Origin: the human T2T-CHM13v2.0 reference genome, Homo sapiens
Direction: 5' to 3' (one strand)
DNA length: 64,000 bases
Assembly: GCF_009914755.1 (NCBI RefSeq)
Contig: NC_060926.1
The notes beneath the pieces were generated by a model. It had not been told where the DNA came from and searched no databases. It was given only the letters and a program-made list of their open reading frames with translations. This document shows, one piece after another, positions 56,944 to 64,000 of this stretch. Position 1 is the first letter of the stretch; the number at the start of each line of letters is the position of its first letter. Made by a program: the position numbers and the translations under genes.

Positions 56944-59900
56944 TTGAAATGTTTTATAACAACAAAACTGCATTATTGTTACCATTAGAAAACATTTATG
57001 TTTGTTTGTTTGTTTTCTAACCATGTCATTGGCAACTTTATCTCAAATGCCCTGAACAAACTGTGTTAAGGGCTTAAATTTGTTTTTTTCTGTTTTCAAT
57101 TTTCCCTGATTCCCCAATTTCATCACATTTTAGCACTATTCTCATATTAATTTTTTTTACTTTAAAATAAGAAACGTTATAAATTTAAGGTAAAGTAGTT
57201 TTTTTCTCATTTCTGAAAGATGGACCTTGGAGCCGTCTAATAATAATGAGCACATACAATTTAGTTTTCAAGACTGAGATTTTAGAAACCTCCCATTTAA
57301 ATTCACAATCTGCTATCAGGAGCCTCCGTTAGCATATCAAAATCATAAAGAATATCAGTGACTATTTCTAATCATTCTCAATGTGTGTTCTGAATCGCCT
57401 TTGTGTTCACATTAGAAATAATTCCTGGACATATTTGTACTCAGAGTTTAGCTTGTTGGTGAACCACAATCGGAGTGGTTTTCATTTTATCCTGTTGAGG
57501 TAAACAATTACATCTTCATTCTCTGGTTAGTAGCAAATAACAAGAAACACTATCTCCTAAAGAAAACAAGAAAGCCTTAGGTTACCTAAACTCACCTTCT
57601 AAACTTGTTTCACTTCAAAAAGGTAAAATAAAATATTCATGTGCTACCATTATGTGGTTTAACAAAGAGGAAGGCATTTCCTCTTACACATATTAATCCA
57701 TGATTGTCCATAGGCTTATACCAAGTCAATAATTTACACTCACATCTACCTTATTTATGAATGAGGAAGGAAGAAAAAAATCATTATTGTGCAAATGATG
57801 CTTGTCAAGTGATATTAGAACCAACAAGTGAGACAACTAATCAATATTCCTAACATCGTGACATACCGAATCACACTTCCAACATTCACTGGGACTTTGA
57901 ACAGCAAACCCTACCTAGTTCATCCACAATAACCTATTTCCCCAAGGAATGTCCAAAGACACCCAAGGCAACCTACCCTCTCCGAGGATTTAGGAAACAT
58001 ACATGAACACTGAATGCAAGTTTACTTTCTGAGCTAAAATTTTAGGCACTTTAAGTGAAATAGCAATACTGAAAATAATATAACATCTTTTAAGATAATT
58101 CAAAGTGCTTAACTTATTTAAAATAATTATGTCTTAACGTTGTTAGATTTGTCTGTATTTTCCTAGTGCTCTTTAGAAAGGACAAAATACTCTGCCTTAT
58201 ACTATAATTTTCCCCTTGTCTATATCTAATTGAAGAGTTTTCTATCAAGAAACTTGAAAAATGGGTAATTACTGCTTTGGGGCCTTTCATCAACTATGAA
58301 CTTGGGAATTAGAGTTTCTGGCCTTGCTTAATGAAAAGTGGCTGAATTAAATTTTCTTCATTTAACAAGTATCACTTTTTTTCTTTTGGTAAAAAGTTTC
58401 TTAGAGAGGCTCTCTTAATAGCCACTGGCAAAACCCATAATTCTACTACTGAAACAATGAGATCTATTTTCCAGATCATCAATCTTCATTCTCCAGACAG
58501 ATACAATTGTTTGAAGTGTTGCAATTACATTATCCCTTGATGCTTCTTCAGCCTCTACATTTGACTGATTCCATAGTTAACAATTAAAAGGCCAAAGGAA
58601 TTGAGGTTTAATTTTTATCTCTAATAATAAAAAGTTCATTGCATTGAATTTCTTGGTATCAGCATCACTGCCCTCCTAATTAAAAGTGCAATAGTTATAT
58701 AATCACTAGGAAGGAGAAATGGAAGTCAATACCCATTCATGGACTATAGATGGAGTATAGTAACTGCTATCATCCTGACTGTACAGACAGCACAATTTTT
58801 TACTGCCTATTGATAAATGCTACATTTTAAGTGCCCAGCACAGGGCCTGACACAGAAAGTGCTAAAAAAAAAATAAAAAAAGTCAGTTCCCACTTCTCAT
58901 TTGCTAGGCTTAGCCTGTGTACCTAAAACTTAATCACCCTCTGATGCTAAACATTACATGATTTTGAAGAGCAAACCATATTTAGCAAAGATAGGTCTGG
59001 TAGATTCCTAATAAAAAGTTGATAACCAGGATGGACTACACACACCATCACATATATGTTCCACATTAGCTGGCATCAAAGGCCAATAAGACCCAGTGTA
59101 AAGATGATATGGAAGGCTCTGACCTGGCTGCCTTCTATTAATTGGGAAGGGAGTGGAGACCACCTCCTCTCTATTTTCCCTTCTTCCCTTTCAGCACCAC
59201 TGCTCCTTTCAGATACATGCTTTCTTTCATTTGCCCACTTGAATCAAGGGTCATAAAAAAACCTTCAGCTAACATGACAGGAAGAGTTTACAAATCCATT
59301 TATATAAACATATTTCCCTCCCTTTACTTGAGCACTAACCATCAGTTGTTCATGTTGCTGTGTCCCCTTTGACAGCTGTAGTGAGGGACAACCTCTCCAT
59401 AGGTGCTGATTCCTTAGGCCTCTATATTATAAGCAGCCCCAGTGTCACTGAGCTGTGGTCTTTGGGCTGTTCTTAAAAACAACTGCCCCATATTGTGAGC
59501 TTCTGGAGCACTCCATGCTCTCTATATTCTAAGTGCTTGCCACAGTGCCTACGATGTTATAAAAATTCAATAAAATTGACATTGAAAAGAGACGTTAGCC
59601 TGGAAAGGGGAGGATTTACATTAGAAATTGGCTTGGGGAAAGGAAGGCTGAAGGAGATCTGGGTTCTACCATGTGCTCTTTTATACACTATGTCCCTGAG
59701 TCTCACTTCCTTCACCTGTAAAGTTAGGTGGTAGGACAGGCAGAAGGGTAAACAATGTGAATGACTGGTCGGCAGTTAGGACAATGTTTTGAGTTTATGA
59801 TTTAGTATACCTTTCCATGATCCCAAAAGCATGGTTCCTTCAACCTCTTCGCTCCTAAAATCAGGAGAGAAAACCTGAATGCTCCATGAATCTTGTGAGA

Positions 59901-60789
59901 AATCAGCTAAAAAGTATTTCTATTTTAACACTAAAAATTATCTTAATCTACTAAAAACTGAATACCTTTCAACTAAAAAAATTGAAATTTTGTTTAGAAA
60001 TACATATCTTAGAAAATTACCTGAAATCTACAGCACAGTTCATCTGTGGGCTCCTGAGATTTATTTCACAACTTTTGTGTGTGTGTCAATTCTCTCGAGG
60101 TAATTGACTAGCCTAGCCAAAATTTGTACTGTTTTTTTTTTTTTTCAAAATATCTTCATATTTTATTCACTTCAGAATTAGTAGGCTAATTTCAGTGTCA
60201 TGACTCATCTTCCACAAAATTATCACAGCCATATTTTCAACTGAATGCAGTATACTTCCTTACCTTCTACTCTGATATTATTTGGTGTGACTAAGAGCTG
60301 TCAAGAATACCCATGGGTGCTTGAGTGCAGTCCAGCACAAAACAGGAGCCAATCATGGAGGAAATGATCCACACAACTGGGAAACTCTCCAGGGGGAAGA
60401 CGACTATTACTAGATGATCTTTAAAGGAATATTGTGAATCTTCAACCTCTTCCAAATCTGAGAATGGGCTAACTGATAAACATCAACTTGAGGAATCTAC
60501 ATTTTGTAATTTTTCTTCTAGTTCCAGGTCCACAGACTCATCTGCTATTTCTGATTCTCTTCATTCACATTATAAACTCCAAATTTCTCTATTTCAATTA
60601 TGGGCATGGACTTTGTTGTATGACTAACTGGCTTGCATTACTTCAAGCTATAGCTCAGTAGGACCTACCACACTGATTTTTTCTCACCTCTTAAAAATAT
60701 CCCCCAACCCCAGTGAATTATCTAGAATTATCCAGGGGATGAAAAAGGAGCTACTATATTATCCCTATGTTCCTAGTATGTAATATCAT

Positions 60790-61180
60790 AAAGCGGGTAT
60801 CATGGGAACATTGAGCAGTGATTTGGAGTCAGATCTGGAGTAAGATAGGCCTTAGTTCAAGTTGTGGCTCTGAAGCACACCATCTGTGTGGCCAACAAAG
60901 TGTCAAAATTTTTCCATACCTTAGTATCTTCATGCATAAAATAGTAGTAACAATACTACTACCTCATGGGGTTTATGTGAAAATTTAAAATGAAACATGC
61001 ATGATAGCACAGGACTAGTGAAAGTATTTGTTCAATTACTAGAAGCTACTATATTGCTATTATTCATGAAAATGGCACATACTGGAGTCATAATTAGTTC
61101 AAATCATGGCTCTGTATTTCAACTTCTTCATTTATAAGCTGGAGATAGTACCATCTACCCCATAGATTTGGTTTGAACAT
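60790..61180 (+). mobile_element. Two MIR fragments
   Basis: tactacctcatggggtttatgtgaaaattt; ctggagtca...tctaccccatag. Confidence 0.6.
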
Positions 61181-61521
61181 TAGGGTGGTCTTTCTAATCC
61201 TCTAGCTACAAACTGGGACTCTGACTCTGCCAGCTCAGTTTCTGTCCCTTTTCTACCCTCAAGGAGGGTTTTGTTGCCTGGCAAGTTCTCCAGGACTTCT
61301 GTGGTCTAGAAATGAAAGAAAGAGGGAAGAGTAGAAAGAAAGCAGGTATATGAGTTAGAGGTGGGGAAGGGGCTTGGGGACAATTAGAGAAAAGATGCCT
61401 AAGGATTTAAGGGATGTACACAGAAGTTTAGGGAAGTACAAAGTTTGGAGTGGGGGGTTATGGATCCTTTTCAGAATATTCAAGGAAAGTAAGTAAAAAC
61501 CTTTATTTTTAAAAAGAGCTT

Positions 61522-61690
61522 CCAGGAGCAGTAGTGCCCATCTGAAATCCCAGCTACTTGGGAGGCTGAGGCGAGAGGATCTCTTGAGCCCAGAAGTTCA
61601 AGACCAGCCTGGGCAACAAAGTGAGACCACCCCACAACCCCACCCTGTCCCCCTGCAAAACAACAACAACAACAACAACAACAAAAACAG
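61522..61690 (+). mobile_element. FLAM (free left Alu monomer) with (CAA)n tail
   Basis: cccagctacttgggaggctgaggcgagaggatctcttgagcccagaagttcaagaccagcctgggcaac, monomer only. Confidence 0.8.
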
Positions 61691-61844
61691 AAAGAAAGAA
61701 GAAAGACAAGCCTTTCATTGTTGAACTATCTCCTTTGAGTGCCAATGCTCTGAGGCTGTGCCAAATGTGTCCTGGATACTACTGGGCAATAAGTTAAAGG
61801 CAGAGGGACTTCCACTGTTCCTGGGACAGAAATGTCACAGGACA

Positions 61845-62016
61845 CTTAATATCGACCCTCTAGCATTTTTTGAGGATACAATACATTGTTATTAATTATA
61901 GTTACCATGTTGTACAATAGATCTCTTGAATTTACTCCTCCTCTGTAACTGAAATTTTGTATACTTTGACCAACATCTTCCCAACCCCTACCAATTGCCC
62001 TAGACCCTGGTAACCA
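61845..62016 (-). mobile_element. L1MA 3' fragment, antisense
   Basis: attatagttaccatgttgtacaatagatctcttgaattta...actttgaccaacatc...ctggtaacca. Confidence 0.8.
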
Positions 62017-62309
62017 TGATAAATACATACAATTTTATCGTCAATTATTTAAAAAGACTAGGTTTTAAAAATATATTATCATTCTGAATTCTTGCATTTA
62101 TTGTAACAATCAACCTAAAGAAATATGTTGAATATTTGTATGGGAAGAGAACTCTTCCTGGGCTTTTGGTGATGAGCAGAAGTGTATGACATTGCCTCTA
62201 ACCGCAGTGAGATCTATATTTAGAGGATGATGTGTCAATAATACTTCAGTGCATAATAAAATAAATGTAGTTTTAAAATGAAATGTAGGAAATCAGGACT
62301 GCCATGGAG

Positions 62310-62946
62310 ACAGAGTCTACTTAATTTCCTAGGAGTGTGGCTATTGGAGGGAAACACCTTTAGGACTCTAACACTCTAGGGTATGCTGAGGCAGATAAAC
62401 AGTCTGCCAATGGTTATGACAAGGAAGAAAAGCTTTACGGGTAAAAGCCGAGAACCAAGGAATTAGGTGATGGTGGAGGGGGCTCCTAGTGAGAACTGCC
62501 ACAGCATATGCATATGCATCTCTGCATGGACTTAAGAACAGAGTTGGAAAGAACCTGAAGCTTTGTGGACACTCAGTCCAGTATTGGGCTAACATCACTT
62601 AAGTGAAGGACAGAGCACTAATGGCCCTCGTGCAGAGCAGCGCATGGAGGGACAACTGCAGGAGAGAGAACTTGGGAGAGAAAAGGAAGGGAACATGGAA
62701 AACAAGAGTGTAGGAGAAAGGAAGGCAAGCTTATTGGTCTACAGGACCATGGCAGTGAAGCTCTATGCAATGGATATTTTCCATTTGCCCTTCTAGATCG
62801 AATATTCCCCATTCCTCACCCTGCACTGTGCCCAGGAGACTGACTACATCAGTGCCTCCTTTCTGCTCTGGTTTCTCATTGAGTTCCATTAATGTTAGCC
62901 ACCAGCAAAAGACAAGACTACATGAAGAAGAGCGTGAGGGCAGGGG

Positions 62947-62985
<39 letters not shown>

Positions 62986-63295
62986 TTGTTTTTATCCCAG
63001 ACTTTGGTTCTACACTTTCCTGATGTCAATGAATTAGCTGTATCCTTTCCTGGAAGACAGCAGCTCCTTACCTGTTGGTTTTCTCTCTCCTATAGCTAAA
63101 GCTCTCTTTGTCTTCTAGTAACGTCAGAGTCTAGGAACAATAATTGATTCCAGCATTGCTAGTCTCTGGTTCTTCACTCTTCCATTGGTTCTCCTAACTC
63201 TGCCCATACCTTAGAAAATATTAACTTCATTAAACTCTCTTCAATTACTCTATTTGAATATACCATCTGTTGCTTGCCCAGGCACCAGCTGATAG
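62310..63295 (+). mobile_element. LTR33-like ERVL LTR region containing (TG)n
   Basis: ctcaccctgcactgtgcccaggagactgac; cctaactctgcccatacc...ttcattaaactctcttcaatta. Confidence 0.6.
62949..62983. repeat. (TG)n microsatellite
   Basis: About 17 perfect TG units. Confidence 0.95.
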
Positions 63296-63480
63296 ACCCA
63301 GGTAAGATGATAACGGCACAATGAGAAAATGCAGAGGGAGTGTGTCGCCTTCCTAGAGATGACAGAGGGGAAAAAAAAGAGAGAGAACTGAGATACTGGA
63401 CTGATGACCTTGGGTTAGAGGATGCTTATTATCTTCATGTGAACTCCGAGCTAGCTTCACGGAAAAGTGATCTAACTGTA

Positions 63481-63707
63481 CAGTAGTCCCTCAGTATAAA
63501 TAGGGGATTGCTTCCAGGACCATTCACGTCTGTGCATACTCAAGTCTCACAGTTGGCCCTGCAGAACTTGTATATAAGGAAAGTTGGTCCTCCTCATATG
63601 CAGGTTTTATATCCCATTAATACTGTATTTTGATCTGCATTTGGTTGGAAAAAGCCATGTATAAGTGGACTATGCAGTTCAAAATCATGCTGTTCAAGGG
63701 CCAATTG
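63481..63707 (+). mobile_element. MER8 (Tigger family)
   Basis: cagtagtccctcagtat...ggggattgcttccaggacc...tgttcaagggccaattg, TA flanks. Confidence 0.85.
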
Positions 63708-63784
63708 TAATTGTGTTCAATTGCTGATTTTTTAAAAATAAGGCAATATTTTGCAGGACTGTATTATTCTAAGAATTAGTTGAT

Positions 63785-63985
63785 ATGCAGTGTTGTAGCA
63801 TAGAAAGAAACTTAGGGTCAAATTCCATTTTCACCACTTACTATGTCAAGTCACTTCATTTTTCTATGCCTCAGTTTTCTCATCTGAAATATGGGGTCAC
63901 ACCTTCTTCGCAGGAGTCTTATGAAATTAAATGAAATCATGCTTGCTCACAGTAAATCCTTAACAAATGACAGTTGTAATTATTC
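63785..63985 (+). mobile_element. MIR
   Basis: caagtcacttc...gcctcagttttctcatctgaaatatggg...aattaaatga. Confidence 0.75.
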
Positions 63986-64000
63986 GTGCACTTCACCAAA

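Noticed and set aside
57556-57596. Consensus minus-strand donor AAG|GTGAGT and strong acceptor ttcttgttttctttag
   Set aside because: Only 39 nt apart, too short for an intron, and no convincing partner sites were found.

Overview
AT-rich catarrhine-primate (probably human or ape) genomic DNA. About half is interspersed repeat: one near-full-length L1PA5-7 with an 18-bp TSD, about 11 Alu/FLAM copies, and many old L1M, L2, MIR, MaLR/ERVL LTR and hAT/Tigger fossils. I recognise no intact protein-coding gene, tRNA or rRNA. L1 and LTR fragments lie mostly on the + strand, which suggests the window is intronic in an unidentified minus-strand transcription unit. A few minus-strand exon candidates support this, the best at 33245-33447 and 32433-32483. 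Most notable observations: (i) an open, strong-Kozak L1 ORF0 with a splice donor just before its stop, co-oriented with the inferred host transcript; (ii) two local non-tandem duplications (27264-27548/31425-31715 and 33619-33745/35885-36014); (iii) several templated-insertion or fold-back repair scars; (iv) a palindromic site hit twice by Alus, one of them a three-monomer Alu; (v) a closely spaced inverted Alu pair. Repeat subfamily names come from recalled consensus motifs, not database searches, and boundaries of old repeats are approximate.
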